Below are positions 1 to 13,505 of a stretch of DNA of 64,000 nucleotides, one piece after another. This stretch comes from Lama glama (Eukaryota). The stretch is from the NCBI GenBank assembly GCA_028534125.1, contig CM052851.1, forward strand, positions 15,066,001-15,130,000, read 5' to 3'. Under the pieces are notes generated by a model. That model was not told where the DNA came from. It worked only from the letters and a program-made list of their open reading frames with translations, and searched no databases. Positions within the stretch are counted from its first letter, which is position 1; each line of letters opens with the position of its first letter. The position numbers and the translations under genes are program-made.

Positions 1-2669
1 CCCGCTGGAGAACTCCGGGGGCAGACAGAGGACGTGGGGAGAGCCTTCTCCCTGCTGGAGTGGCTGGGGAGGCTCTCCCCTCTCCCAGTGCCAAGCCAGC
101 CGCCCTCTGCATTCATATTCTGGGTCCCAGACTCCAGGTGGCAGGGGATGGGGATAACAGTCTTAATGTGTTTCAAGATTGTTCCTGAATAAAACCTCCA
201 TCCGGCTATTTGCTCAGGAGACACAGCTCCCTTGACAGGAAGGAGAAAGAGCTAGTGCAGGGAGCTGGGATTGTACCCTTAGCCCCAGCTGAGGAGCAAG
301 AGTTCCGGAACATGCTGGGAATTTCCACACGTGGCTGTGCTTCACACTGGGGACAGCTGCCCTGGTGCCAGGTGGTGGGTGTTGAGAGCGTGGGTGGGAG
401 GTCCTTGTCCCCCAGTGACCATGTCAGCAAAGGACCAGATATTTAACTGTGACCTTGAGGAGTTAGGACTGAACATCACACAGGCAACCAAGATGGACCG
501 AAGTTCCCCTTCCCCTGGGCAAGGCCCTGAGGCACGTGATCTCGTTTAAGCCTCACATTCTCCTGGGAGGCAAGTCTGATTATTATGCTCATTTTATAGA
601 TGAAGCTCAAGGAGATAGTCAGTTGTCCAGGGCCACCCAGCTGGTGAGTGGAGGAGCCTGAGTGTGTTTTGAATCTGTCTGGCTCTGCCTCCAGGACCTT
701 GATTGCTTCAGCAAGACAGGCCATCCTCCAGCTGCTTGGGGTAGGGGCGGACAGGGCAGCCTGAATACGCTGAACTGGAGGTCGAGGACCCAGAAGACAG
801 CTCCCTCCCCACCCAGGATGTGTCATAATCTCAGGGGCAGCCAAGGGTGAAGAGTAAGCGGGTGGGGGGGCCGGGTGGGACTAGGGAAGGTGATGTCATC
901 GCCCTCTTAGTAATGCTTTGGCAGAGCCTGAAGCTCCCACTTTGGGAGGGAGCAGAGGGAGGAGGGGCAGTGCTGGAACCAGCAGCTAGAAGTCTGCCAA
1001 GTCGTGATCAGGAATGGGCACCCTGCCAGGAGCACCCAGGACCAGGCCTCCTGTGGCACGGGGTCTCCGGGAAAAGAGCAACATTCCTGAAGTCCTCGGA
1101 GGGGGACTCTAGAAGGCGGTGTCCATATCCGATTGAATATGGAGTGATTATCTGTCTGTCTGGCAAGGCTGGCAGCCAGCCATCCCCTGATTGATGCTCC
1201 ACTATCTGATGGTCTGATCATTCATTCCCCTCACCGGTTGATGGACTATCTGATTTATATGAGTGACATTTGGAGATGGCCTCAGGGATGGGCTGAGTCT
1301 CTGTCCACTTCTATGAAGCCTTGGACTAGCCTCTCACAGGTGCCAGATGCCACCCTGTCTGAAGAGCCAGCATCAGGCAGAAGGAAGGGAGGAAATTAAC
1401 ATCTAAGTGTGGTCAGCTGCCAGTGGGACAGAATTGAATCTGGCAAGGGTTTGCCCACAAGGAGCTTGAATTCTAGGAAGGGAGACAAATTCATTACCGT
1501 GAGGACAGACACCAGCGCCTGGGACAAGCTGGACTCACGGGGTGGAAGTGGAAAGCAACTGTATTTCTCTCTCCTGATGTCTCTTTACAATCCATTTGTG
1601 GGAGAAAGTCCTTTCCCTATTCCCAGATGAAAACTCAGGCAGTTCCACTAGTTTTCTGTCCTCTGTGAGGGGACGAGAATTTTTAGGTCACTTGAAGCTG
1701 CAAACAAGGAGTCAAGCTAACAATGAAAAGCATCTGGCCCTAGCTGAGATTCAGACCCTTGAACTTGGTGTACAGTTAACTAACCCTCCGGCCCTTGCTG
1801 TCCCCTTAGGTCATGAGCTGGAAAGGTCATTTCACCCCTGCCAGTGCCCTTCCTCCTCTGCCCTCTTCCTTAATCTTGTACTTGAGTTTCAGAGGCTGCC
1901 AGAGTCTAGAAAGGGAGGGGCAGAAGCCAAGGGACAAGGTTTTCCCTCACTGGTCCCGTTCTGAGCTGGCTTCTGATCACAGGACCCTGCAGAGGGTAAA
2001 ACTGACACGGGGCAGAGGAGGGTGGTCCTTAGCCCCCACTCCCACCTCCCACGATGTGGGCCCTGTGCCTTCTCCACATGGCTGCTCCCCAACCCACCTC
2101 AGGCTCTCCAAGGCCACACAGACTCTCTGTATTGTTTTCCGAACTTACTAGACCACACAATGCGGGTGGTGATGATGGTGGTGATGTTCTGTGTCTTGTA
2201 AAACATCTTGGCAGACCAAGCCCACGTGTGGACCACAGAAAAACACCTGTGTCCCGTACTCTGACAAATTGTGGGGTCCCGGCCCATCTCATATCAGACA
2301 CCCCACCTTCCGCTCATCCCTAGCAGGTAGCAGCCCTTCCTGGCCATTTAAAATTTTCCCAGTGGGAGCCAACTACGTCCGGGCTACTATGTGCCCGACC
2401 CACTGGAGACACACGCCTTTTTCTGGTCCTCTGGGAAGGCTCTCACCAAGCTAGTCCCGACTCCCCCCCTTCACAGGGGCTGGAAATCTGAGCACCCCCA
2501 GATCTCCCTCCAAAATCTTTTTGACAAAATCTCTCTCCTCCTCTCTAGTCCCTGGCTGGTTTATACCTTCAACATGGCAAGTCATAAACCTGTTTTCTGC
2601 CCAAGCTTCCACTGTGGCTCCCTTTCCAACCCTCTCCTGCTGGCCTTCTCTCTGAGCTTTGCTCTAAGC

Positions 2670-2842
2670 TAGATTTCTCAAACTGCCTGTGTATCCGAAT
2701 CAACGGAGGTGCTGGTTAAAAGCACAGATTCCCAGAGCCCCTCACACTCAAGGAATGAGAATCTTCAGGGATGGGGCCTGGGAATTTAGATTGCTAAGAA
2801 GAGGCTCAAGTGACTGTCAAGTCAGGCAAGTGTGGGGCACTG
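2670..2842. mobile_element. MER5-family hAT-Charlie DNA transposon relic
   Basis: ttctcaaact...gttaaaagcacagattcccagagcccc...ggggcctgggaatt...cactg, with degenerate 8-bp TSD ctctaagc/ctcgaagg. Confidence 0.7.
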
Positions 2843-2914
2843 CTCGAAGGACTGATGCCCAAGCGCTTTTCTGCATCGGTTTATTTCACTCTGGCATGGA
2901 AATGGGGTCCATTA

Positions 2915-3050
2915 TGTTCATTCATTCATTCAGCAAATATGTATCAAATGCCTGTATGTGCCAGGCATTGTGTTCCACACGGGGGGCATGGCAAAGAACA
3001 AGCCAGAAGCCTTCCCTGCTCTCAAGAAACTTAGAATTCAACAGAGAAGT
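2915..3050 (-). mobile_element. L2 LINE 3' end
   Basis: (TTCA)n tail followed by caaatatgtatcaaatgcctgtatgtgccaggcattgtg. Confidence 0.7.
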
Positions 3051-4169
3051 CACACACTTTAACCAGCAATTACAATTTACTCTCACCAGAGCTCCAGTGG
3101 GAAAAACAGTACCCAGCATAAGGCGCTGAGAGGCTCATCTGTAAAATGAGGACGATGCTAAGAATTCTTAGATCTTAGAATCATTTGGGGGAGTAACTAA
3201 GATAATGTGTATAAAGCGTTGATAGTGTGTATAGAACTCACTAAATGTTAGTTTTTAACGTCTGTGCGTGTGTGGCTCTGAGCAGTCTCCATCCAGTTTA
3301 AAGAAGAGACGGCCATCCAGACAGGTAGAGTGACTTGTCTAAGTTTCTCAGCCAGTGAGAGCCCTCAGCACAGGAATGTTCCCAGCACCCAAGTTGCCTC
3401 AGGGGAGGGGAGACGTGTAGTTGTGGGATATGAAATCTCCCCATTGCCGAGAAGACCCTCAGGCCTCCTGGCTTTGTATCTCTGTACCCCTCCTACTCCC
3501 ATAGACACACCAGCTGGCATTGCCGGGCCAGGCAAAGGCTCTTCACAGCTAGACTCTGGTCTGCCAGGGCACCTGGGTAGGCCCACTGCCAGCCTGGAGG
3601 AGGCAGCCTTGACAGGAGAGGAGCTCTGGGAAACTTGGAAGGCCTGTGGCTAAGCCCCCAGCCAGGGAGTGTGATCCCCCTGGGACGGGGAGATGGCCGG
3701 GGCCGTCCCTGAACTCCCCATTTGTAAACAGCTCAGCCAGGAGGGGCAGGGCACTGTGCCCGGTGCCTGGTGCTGGAGGCTGGCTGCTGCCTGGCAGCTA
3801 AGCAGAGGGGTGGGGTAGGCGGGTGGGGATGAAGGATGGCGGGGACTTGTCAGCTCTGGACGCAGGGGAGTGGGGTGGAGCCTGTGGTTCGCGCTCCACA
3901 TCTCCAGCGCACGCGCCCTCCTTCCTGGCCTGCTGCCACTCATAGCATTACCAGGACCTGAGCATCCAGGGAGCCGGCCAGCTCTGAGAGTGGGGGAACA
4001 TTTTCTAGCACCCCTACTACACTCTCCTTCTCTCAGCCTCCCAGCCACCTATCTGCCATGCTCAGAGCCCAGGGGAAATTTCAAGAAAATATTTTTAAAA
4101 AAGCCATAGCTATGGTCATAGAGTGAGAAGAGGCCCCACCCTAAATTCAGCTAAATCTGGAACAAAATT

Positions 4170-4330
4170 GTGTCCTGGCCACTTACTAATTAGGTGGCCT
4201 CGGTGTGGCCATTTCACTTCTCTGGAGCCTCAGTTTTCCCATCTGTAAAGTGGGGATGATCTTAACTACCCCAGTGTTGCTGCAAGGATTACATGTGCTG
4301 AGTGAGGGCTTGGCACACAAGAGGGATCCA
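4170..4330 (+). mobile_element. MIR SINE
   Basis: gccacttactaa...gcctcagttttcccatctgtaaagtggggatgat...tggcacac, the MIR core. Confidence 0.75.
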
Positions 4331-4899
4331 GGAAACATCATGAAAGGAAGAATGCTGTGAAAAAAGGCAAAGGACAGGCCCTCGATAAATATTTTCTATT
4401 ACATAGGAGGTGGAATAAAAAAGAAATAAATGATCCCAGCATCTGTGCCTTTTTCTTCCTAAAAGCACACGTGAATTAGAGGCATCGGCTGGGGTGAGAA
4501 GGGGCGGGGTGAGATACGGCATAATTCTTGGGGAATGGAAGGCTGAGAACATTCTTCATGACATCAGCGCCTGTGTACAGAATACATTATGCTCTCGAGT
4601 GCTGCTGGCTTTCTCTGACATTGAAGCTCGTCCGGGAAGGAGATTCAGAACTGAGTCCATGAAGACAGATTTTAGGTTCTAATTCTCCTTCTGCCTCTGG
4701 CTGTTCAGGCAGGCTTGGAAGAGGTCCGTGTCTTCCCCAAGCCTCAGTTTTCCTGTCTGTAAAGTGAGGATCCAACAACACTCTGAGGTGCTGGGCGGAT
4801 TAAATAAAGTGATGCATGTTGAGAGATTGAGACTGGGCCTGGTGTACGGTAGGCCCTCAGCAAACGGTGGCTGCTGTTTTTATTGCCTAAGCTCATCAT

Positions 4900-5270
4900 T
4901 GTACCAGTTAGCTATTGCTGTGTAATAACTGCTCCCCCCTCCAATTTAGGGGCCTAAAACAACCACAATTCATTTAGCTTACGATTCTGCATGCTGACAG
5001 TTCAGGTTGGGCCCAGCTGGGTGATTCTTTGGACCCTATCTTGTGTCTGTGGTTAACCACAGGTGAGCTGAGCAACTCTGCTTGCCAGCGTGGGCTGGCT
5101 CCCAGTGGGGGTGATGAGGTGACTCTCATCCTCCAGCAGGCTAACCTGGGCTTCTTCAGGGGGCAGTGGCAGGGTTTTGAGAGAGAGAGAGAGAGGCAGT
5201 GCACAAAACTTCTTGAGTCTTGGGCTCAAGGGACGATTCCCACCTCAGCTGCCTGCTCTGCCCTGTGACA
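4900..5270 (-). mobile_element. MLT1 (MaLR) solo LTR relic with an internal (GA)n
   Basis: tgtaccagttagctattgctgtgtaataac...aaaacaaccac...catttagcttacgattctg...tgggcccagctggg, typical of an MLT1 end. Confidence 0.7.
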
Positions 5271-8200
5271 CCAGCAACAAAGCCCGTCGCTTTCTCAGAT
5301 GGTTTCACCGCTCTGTGCCCCAACCCCAGCCAGATCCCGGTTGCCACCTTCAAATCCTTTTACCCTTAGGAGATGGAGACCAGGCACACACATCCCATTC
5401 ATGGAGTCATGGGGACCCGATGACCCATGTCCCCCACGGAAACCCCATGGAGTCCCTGTCCCCTCAGTCCTCAGGGGAAGGAAGTACACACAGCACACCT
5501 GGACACAGGTGTGTCCTCTGCCCCTCCCCGCAGGGCAGCCCCAGCTGTCTGCTAAACAAACTCATTAAACTATCCCTGAAGAGGTATTTTGGACCATCAC
5601 CAGCTATAGAGAGCTTCTCCTGCCCACGGTGAGGGGACACGAGGCTATTAGTTCCCCTTGGGGGCAAGGAGTGCCTGGTTCTCATTTGCATTCACATTTT
5701 GGTTGGTTCATGTGCATCCTCCTCCACTCGGTGAGCCAGCCTCCTGATGGAGTGGCAGCCCCCGCGGTGTCCCAGGCAACGGAAACATCAGGTGGAAATA
5801 GCCAGTCCAGGGACAGACCTCTTCTGTCCTCTGTGCATTCACCGGCAGGTGGAGACAGGGTCTTGATCATCTGTCACCGAAACGATGTGCATGCTCCAGT
5901 TTATGTTTGTATTTATCGCCTGTGCCCTGCCCTAGGCTGTAAGTTCCGCGATGCCAGGACCTTGCTGACCTTGGTGGTCCCCAATTCATCCCACAGAGCC
6001 TGGCACACAGTGGATGCCCAATAGTTACTGCACAGAAGGGTGGATGAAAAGTTGGATTTAACTGAGTTGAGCCCCCTCCCAAAGGGCTTCTCTACTCCTT
6101 TTCTGAACCAGGGGTCTTTATTCCCGGTGGCCTTGAGGCCTATGGTGGAAAGAGCTCTGACATAGAGCCATAGGCCCTGAGGGCCAATCCCAGCTTCTCC
6201 ACGTCCTGTGTGACCATAGACACAAGGTGGGATGTGCAGTAGTACTGGTCGTCCACTGCCACCTTCAGGGGAGCCATTTATTTAGACTACAATGTGAATG
6301 ACTCCCCCTGGGTCTGTGCAGTGGGGTAGGCCTGCAGCTAGCGACTTAGCTTTTCCAAGTCTCAGTTTTCATAACCGTCTACTCTGCTGGGATGTGAAGT
6401 TTAAAGGTTAACACTAAGCACACGGCAGCTGCTGCGATGGTGACGTTGAGCTGTGACTGGGAAGGAGGCAGGGTGCCAGGGAGATGATCCCGGCCTGCGT
6501 GCCTGCTGGCTGCCGGCCCCTCGCCTCTTGCTGCCCTGGCTGCCCCTTTGCCTGCTGCTGAGTCACACCTCGCCCTGCAGAGTCGGCCCATATTCCCAGC
6601 GTCTCTGGGCATAGGTCCTGTTGACAGCATCGTTCTCACTGTCGCCCTCCCTCCTCTCTGTGGTTTCCTCGGGTTCAGGCCTGTCCTTCTCCTCCCACCC
6701 AACCAGACCCCAGGAGAGTGACACCTCTGGGCCCCCATGAAACAGCATCAAAGGGGTTGCCATCACTGTGGAAGCCCCAAGCTGGGCTCACTCAGGTGTG
6801 TGATGCAGGGGCAGAGGCCAAACCTTTCATTCCTGTCAGCGGCCACCAGCACCCTCTCCTGCCCACTGCCCCCCAGGGGGCAGCCGGGACCTCTCCAGCT
6901 CCCACCTTCCATCCTCCCCGCTACCTGCAGCAGTTCCTGCCGGTGCCCCTACACCCCAGCAGCCTGCAGGAAGTCCACTCCTGTTCCCAGAGGGTGTGGC
7001 TTGAGGCATCTTAGGTAACATTAGGGAGCGAGAGCTTGGCTGGGGCCTGGCAGTCCCCCAGCACAGAAGGCAGGTGCTGGGGAGATGACTTCAGAGGGGG
7101 TGGCTGGGGGTGGGGGCCAGCGCTCACAGCTGAGCTGTCCTCTCGCGGCCCCTTCTACCTGGCTGTACCTTCCCCAGAAGCCAGGAGGCTCCGCCTCACT
7201 AGGCAGGGGCCCGGACACAGATTCCTTCCTGCCCTGGCACCAGCCTCTTGGCCTGGAGGCACCAAAGTTCTCCAACCTACCCGGTGGGATCAGGGAGACC
7301 CACCCCCAGGGGACGGGGAATCCCACTAAGGCCAAAGACAGACATGGGACGAGGCTGCACGGGAAGTGGCTCATTATGTATGTCACGTCACTCGATTCCC
7401 ACAGTAACACTGGGAGCTAGGACTTGCGGTTCCCATTCCACAAATGAGACTAAGAGAGGTGAAGTCACTGGGCCCGTCACCCCTGTGAGAAGGAGGTGTT
7501 TTGATTTTACTTGGTTTCTGCCGGGAAGGGGTTGCCAGGGGAATGGCTGACTCCTGTGGAGTGTGGCTGGAGGGGGAGGCTGAGTGATGAGACTTCCACC
7601 CCCTTTCCTGTTTGTTCCACTCGCTGTTCATTATTCTACTTCCTTCCACAGGATGCCAGAGGCCTTGGATGGGCCCCTGGGGTCCCGCCCCACACTCAGC
7701 ATGGACCGTGCTGACAGCAGCTGGCAGCTGTATTCAGGCGTGTGTAAGTGTGGACAGGTGAGTGGGCAAGACCCCCGACGTTCAGAACACAGGTGCCATG
7801 GAGGTGTCTCCACGGAGGGGTTCTCAGGAGCCTGGAACAGGGCCTGGCACATAGCAGGTGCTCATTAAGTATGCATGGAATGAATGAGTGAACCTTAGCC
7901 CACAGGGAACAGCGGGGTGTTAGCCCTGAGGCAGTGTGGCAACTCAAGTCTCTGTCCCTCTGCAGGGGAAGGAGGTGGTGGCAGTCCTGGCCCACGAGAC
8001 ATGCTGGTGGTGGGCCAGCCCAGTGTCACAGTGACCCTCCCTTCACTTGCTACTCCTCAGCCTGGGGGACTTACACACCTGGAAGACCCCAGGGCAGGGG
8101 CTGGGGAGGCTCTGCTTGGAAACAGGCGGGATTGGGTTTGGTAGTGAGATGCTCCGCCAGGGTAAGCCTGGAACGTTCCAGAATGGCAGACATTTGGCCT

Positions 8201-11200
8201 TTCCTGCCCACCACTGGCCACATGCAGCTTAGTCTGAGAGAAGAGCTGAAGGTCCTCCCAGATGGGAATGGACTGAGCTCAGGGGGTTTCAGGGCATGTG
8301 TGTGCATACAGCCATGTCCGTTATTAAAACACTGAAATATTTCTCTACTGGTGGATAACAATCCCTGTAGGCCAGTCTCCAGGTGGCCCTGCACCTCCCG
8401 CCAATCCACACAGGAGGACCTCCTCCCACTCAAGTCTGCCTTCCATCCCCATCAGTCAGTGTCCACGCCCAGTGGCTCCCCCAAAGTCCAGCTTCCTGGA
8501 CACTTCCTAGGCACTGCCATTGGCTCCCCAAAACACCCAGAGAGCGAGCTGGTGCCCACCTAGACCTCCTACCTGTCCCCAGGGAACTGCGGGCAGGAAC
8601 TTCCCAGGGGCTCAGCAGCCAGGCACCATGGGGCCCCTTTGCCAGTCCTCTGAGCAGCATGTCCTTGGCCTGGACTTTGGTGGGAGAGATGGCAACCCGG
8701 GGGCAGCCCCGCCCCTGCAGGTCTGGTGGCAGCTCAGCTGGTCCAGCCACCCAGGGAGGGAGAGGCAGGAGGCTGGCAGCCCCAGGCTGGCTCCGGACAC
8801 GTGACCGGCTCTTGGGGCCAGTCCGGGAATTAGAGAAGCCAGTCTGCAGTCCCTCTCAGTGGAAATTCATGGGCCTGGGAGGGGAAGTGGGTGGCAGCAA
8901 CTGGGTTCCCCCAGGAGGTAGGGGTGAGCAGCCATCAGGCTTTACAACATAACCCTGGGGGCGTCCCAGGAAGTCGTGGGCAGGGGGAGGCTGTGGAGGC
9001 AGGACGTGCGTTCCAGCCCTGGCTCTTGCACCTTCCAGCTGTGACGCCTGGGATGTGCCTCACAAGGTGGGCGTGCCTGGAGGAAGCGAGCAGGGGCTTA
9101 GCCTGACCCCTTCATCACTTCTGACTTTTACTCTGTCTTCTCCAAAGCATTTTGCAGACAGAGTTTTGAGCTCAATCCCACTCTGTATGGCACAGGGTCT
9201 GTGAGAACAGGCCAGGTAGAACCTTCAATACTTCCTTCCCCTCCCCGTCGCCTGCCCAAGAAGGAGGTGACACAGGTCCTATTTAGGTCGGAGGTCAGCA
9301 GGTGGCAGTGGCAAGGACAAGAGTGACCTTGGGTTTCCCTTGCCCCCTACCTTCTCGAGGCTTGCAGCTTCAGCCCCAGAGCCCCAGGCATCGGGGCCTG
9401 ACCCACCCAGATTTCAATCCACATTCTCAGCCAGCTTACACCTGCTGCCACTCTTTGGGGAGGAGGCGCTCGGCTTCCTGGACCATCCCGGCACCCTCGT
9501 TTTCCCACCACCCAGGCCAAGGGGGCTTGGGGAGGAGATGTGCATGGGGGAAGAAAGGGACCCGGGGTGTCTTCATGTTCATCTGACTGCTGCTCCCACG
9601 CTGTGTCGCCCCCAACTCCAGGGTCCTGATGGATCCTGAGAGGGCACCCGGGCCCAGGCCCCTGTCTGCAATATCAGATATACCCTCACACCTGCTTCTC
9701 TCAGATGTCCCGCTGCGTGGGCCCCACCCTTAAGCATCACAGACGGGCCAAGGAGCTCCGCCATCTGGCTGCCTAGACTCTCTCACCACTGCCTCACAGG
9801 ACCCAGTGCTCCTCAGTCCCCACCTCCTGCAGACTCTCACCTTCCGCTGCCAGGGTCTCGGACACTGGGAGATGGGCAAAGCCCAGGGGGACAGTCACTT
9901 ACTCTGGAGCGGGGTTCCCAGGGGGCCAGGTGCCTTGCTGAAGCTCTACGTCTTTCACATCACCTGATCCTTGCATGACCCTGTCACCATCCCAGCGCTC
10001 AGTTGAGAAAACGGAGGCAGAGTTTTGCCAGAGGTCATGTGGCTACCAAACACCAGAACCTTTGTTGAGTTCTGCCTGACCCAGGGGCCAACGCCTTCTC
10101 AGGGCAGGGGTGGGTGTCTGCAAACCACCCCCCGACACACACAAACAGTGATGTAGAATTGCTGCATGGGCGTGGAGGGACCTCTGAGCTGAATCAGACC
10201 CTGTCCCCGCCCCGCACAGCCCAAGTTCAGCTGAAGCTCCAGATTCTTCTTCTCTGATCAGGGGCCCCAGCCCACAGCCAGGGACCAAGCCTTGTCTCTT
10301 GGCCTCTCTCCCCTTGCAAGCCCATCTTCAGCGCAGGGTAGCACGTGGTCCCTCTGTGGGGCATCTAGACAGACAGTAAGTGTGGGATGGCTCCCGGCTG
10401 CCTTGATAGCAGGACCACGTTCGCCTTCAGACTGTGCAACCTGATGGCCAGTGTGGCTCCCGCTCCTCTTAGCAACAGCAGAATGTTGAGGACACTGTTT
10501 AAGCTCTTGTTCTTCATGGTCCTTATCTGTAAAACGGGGATAATGATAAACGTGCACCTCATAGGATTGTAGTGCGTAGATCAGTTAATGTATGGTGGGA
10601 CTAGTACAGAGCAAGTGCTATCTAAGCACCAATTATGTAAAACTATCACCTGGTTGCTTCACGCGCATTTTCTGTATCTTCCCGGTTCCTCCTTGGCAGA
10701 CAGCACAGCTTCTGTCCCTGTTTCCAGTCACCAGCTCAAGGTCAGGCACAGTAGCCTCATTTATGCTTTTTGTTCCCCCCATGAAAGGCTATCAAAGTTT
10801 GTGGGTCTGACGGTGGTCTTGAATTCTAGATTCCAGCCAGCCACATTCTTCCCAGTGGCTAAGCTAAGGAAATCTTGGGAAGTGAGAGCTATATAATTGA
10901 CAAAGATCCCCCTTTTTGCTCTGGCCAGCAGGAAGCTCAGAGACAAAATTATATACGGTTCAACTAAACAACTAGAGCTCAAGAATGCAACTGCTTTCAT
11001 TTTGTGTTCCAACTAGACCGATCAATAGTGCTGTGTTGAGAAGGATTCAGAGGTTACAAAGAGTGATATCAGCTGGAAGCATGGCCAGGGTACACCTGGG
11101 CTAAGAAAATGGGAACAGTGATCAATTAGTGATGTCTGCTGTGAGTACAGCCATGGGGAACATGCCATGCATTTGCTATCACTAGGTTGGGCAACTCAAA

Positions 11201-11654
11201 TAAACTTGTGCTAATTTCACCCAAGTCTATACTTCCTCATAAATTTCTATTTTCTCTATTAAGTTTTACATTTTATTATATGTACTTCCTTTGTGGAATG
11301 AGGCAAGTCATAAATTAAATAAGCTGGAACAGCTTCACCCAGAGCCCTCAGCCCTCTGAGCCTGGTAGGAGCTCCTGGGACAGTCCCTGATTGCGGTGAA
11401 CAGCGCCCCTGGAGTTAAGGTTTCTTCAGCCCAGGGTTGTGTCCATGGCCTCCCACAAGCCTGAAAGTGGGTTTGCCCTCGATTTCAGCTGCAGAAATCC
11501 TCTTGCAAGAAATTAATTAGGTTCAAGATCAAGAGTTAGACTGTCCCTAAGACGTGCCCCTCCCTCCTTGCTGGAGGACAAGGCTATCCCAGGCCCACCC
11601 TCCATCCCGTCTTTCTCTGGGGAGCATCCGTACCTACATCTTATCAGGGCCAGA

Positions 11655-11790
11655 GAATCTAAAGCAACTTGATTCAGGCATCACCTCGGAGGACTGCTAA
11701 AGATGCAGGTTCTTTGACTCCAGCCCAGACCTCCTGCTTCAGAATTCCTGAGCCCTGGAATCTGTACTTTCACCCATGAACTCACCAGAG
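11655..11790. mobile_element. MER5-family relic
   Basis: gcatcacctcggagg...aaagatgcaggttc...cccagacctcctgcttcagaatt...ggaatctgtacttt. Confidence 0.6.
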
Positions 11791-11878
11791 TGAGAGACCC
11801 ACAGGTCTGGGGCTGGCGAGGCGCCTGGAATAACCAGGGAACAACTTTGGGTTCCATCAGGCTCCTAGGCTGGGGAAG

Positions 11879-11897
11879 CAGCGCCACCTGGTGGGCC
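11879..11897 (-). promoter_or_regulatory. Consensus CTCF motif (GGCCCACCAGGTGGCGCTG on minus)
   Basis: Core CCACCAGGTGGCGC (11894-11881) matches CCASYAGRKGGCRS at 14/14, with its CpG retained. Confidence 0.7.
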
Positions 11898-12241
11898 CCC
11901 TGAAACACAGCCACTGCCCTCCTGCCCCACTTCGGGGAGGCAAGTCCTCTACCCACCCCTTCCTTTGCCTTCAGGGCCCTCGAGAGGTTGGAAAGGAGGA
12001 GACAGAGGGGCAACTGTCCTCCTAGATCGGCCTTCTCCAGCCTTCCATACCTACCCCACCCAAGGGAGCTTCTCCCATCCTATGTCCTAAAGTAGCTGTG
12101 AAGGCAGAGCATCTGAACACCTCCTCTGGGCTTCAGGACGCTGGGGTTCACACCTGTGTACAAGCTAGTGCTTCCTTTAAAGTCTCATATTGCCCCTTTA
12201 AAAGTTTCCTGAATTCTGCACATCTTACTCCATCACATTTC

Positions 12242-12247
12242 TTTATT
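12242..12247 (-). terminator. Candidate distal polyadenylation signal AATAAA
   Basis: tttatt on +, about 1.26 kb after the stop codon; first canonical hexamer I see downstream of the stop. Confidence 0.55.
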
Positions 12248-12680
12248 ATGAAAATATTTCCTTCCTTTGTAAAAACTGGATGCTCTAGAAAGAGGCTGAG
12301 TTTATCTTGTGGCTTCACTGACCCCCATCATCCCAGCCAGCCCCCTTTGGTGTATTTTTTGGGGGCACTTCGTCCCTGGTCTCAGAGGCTGGAACCTAGG
12401 GGTAACATCCACCTGTTTGAACACACAAATAAACCTTCTTCATGTCGGTGGCCAGGCAGGTGGACCAGAGCTGAGTGTCACACTTCTCACGCACCAGGCT
12501 GAACAGTGTGGGCCAGAGATGCTCCAAAAGACCCCTCTGCCCTGAAGACCGCACTGAGGCCCCCACCACTCTTTCCTGCAGATCCAGCCACTCTGTTCAT
12601 ATTGTCTCTGCCCTTTGGTCCTCCCCCTACCCTGGGAAGCCGCATCCCCACCGTAGCAGACCGGATTGTTACAAATCCTT

Positions 12681-12686
12681 TTTAAT
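12681..12686 (-). terminator. Candidate polyadenylation signal ATTAAA
   Basis: tttaat on + in an AT-rich patch, with TGTA nearby on the sense strand; about 0.82 kb after the stop. Confidence 0.5.
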
Positions 12687-13505
12687 AATCAGTCATCCGC
12701 ATTTTACAGAACTGTGCACAGGGCCCCAGCCCACTCCCCTACAAGGCACAGCCTCACCCACCCACTCCCTGGGGGGCAGAGGACAGGAGAAAGCATCCCC
12801 CACCCTTCCCTGGACAGCTCAGGATCCTGGTGAACGCAGGGCCAGCTCTTCACCCCTCTGATTCCCTAAGCAGCCCAGGGATGGTCCAGACCCCCTTGCC
12901 CAAGCAGCCCTGTTTCAGTCCAGCTCACCCAGGCCCTGCCCCCATGGCATGGCCCAGACTGATCTGAGCTGCTGGGGTGAGGGTGGGTCAGACCCGGGGA
13001 AGGGGTCCTGCTCCTCGTGTAAGGTAAAGCCTACCCTCTCCCACTACCCCAGTGAAAATGAGAAAACCAAAGAGAGAAGCATCAGAGAGGAAACAAAGCT
13101 GACCCACGCAGTGGGCAGTCCCCTGACAGCCCGGGGTGCCTTATCTACTCCGCTGCCCCCAAACTTTTAATACACTTTCTCTGACATGATATATACAGCA
13201 CCTGAGGCAGGTGGAAACCCAGCCCACCTGTGCGGGGAGTGTTTTCTCTGAGCTGCTAAGACAACCCAGGCAGACACTGGGTAGAGGAGCCACAGAAGAG
13301 CTGGGGCTTAAGGCTGGTGGCAGAAAAGCAAAGGAGAAGAGGGGCCCAGGCCCCAGAAAGCTCCCCCACCCCACTTTCCAGCCAGCACAGGACGGACTAG
13401 TGGTCTTGTAAGTGAGGCGGGAGGCAGGCCTGGAGGAGGGAGCCAGGGAGACCCCTAGAAGCCCTGAGGTTAGGGGACAGGCAGGGAGGTGGGGACAGCA
13501 GCTGC

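Noticed and set aside
7315-7324. Isolated GGGGAATCCC kB sites here and at 52247-52256, and GGAAATTTCC at 22977-22986
   Set aside because: Single 10-mers without supporting context are expected by chance in a GC-rich 64 kb.
1-12000. Many 60-190 aa ORFs downstream of CD82 (e.g. 8383-8952, 5177-5632)
   Set aside because: Pro/Gly/Ser/Arg-rich compositions typical of GC-rich non-coding DNA, overlapping in all frames, with no recognisable domain or exon chain.
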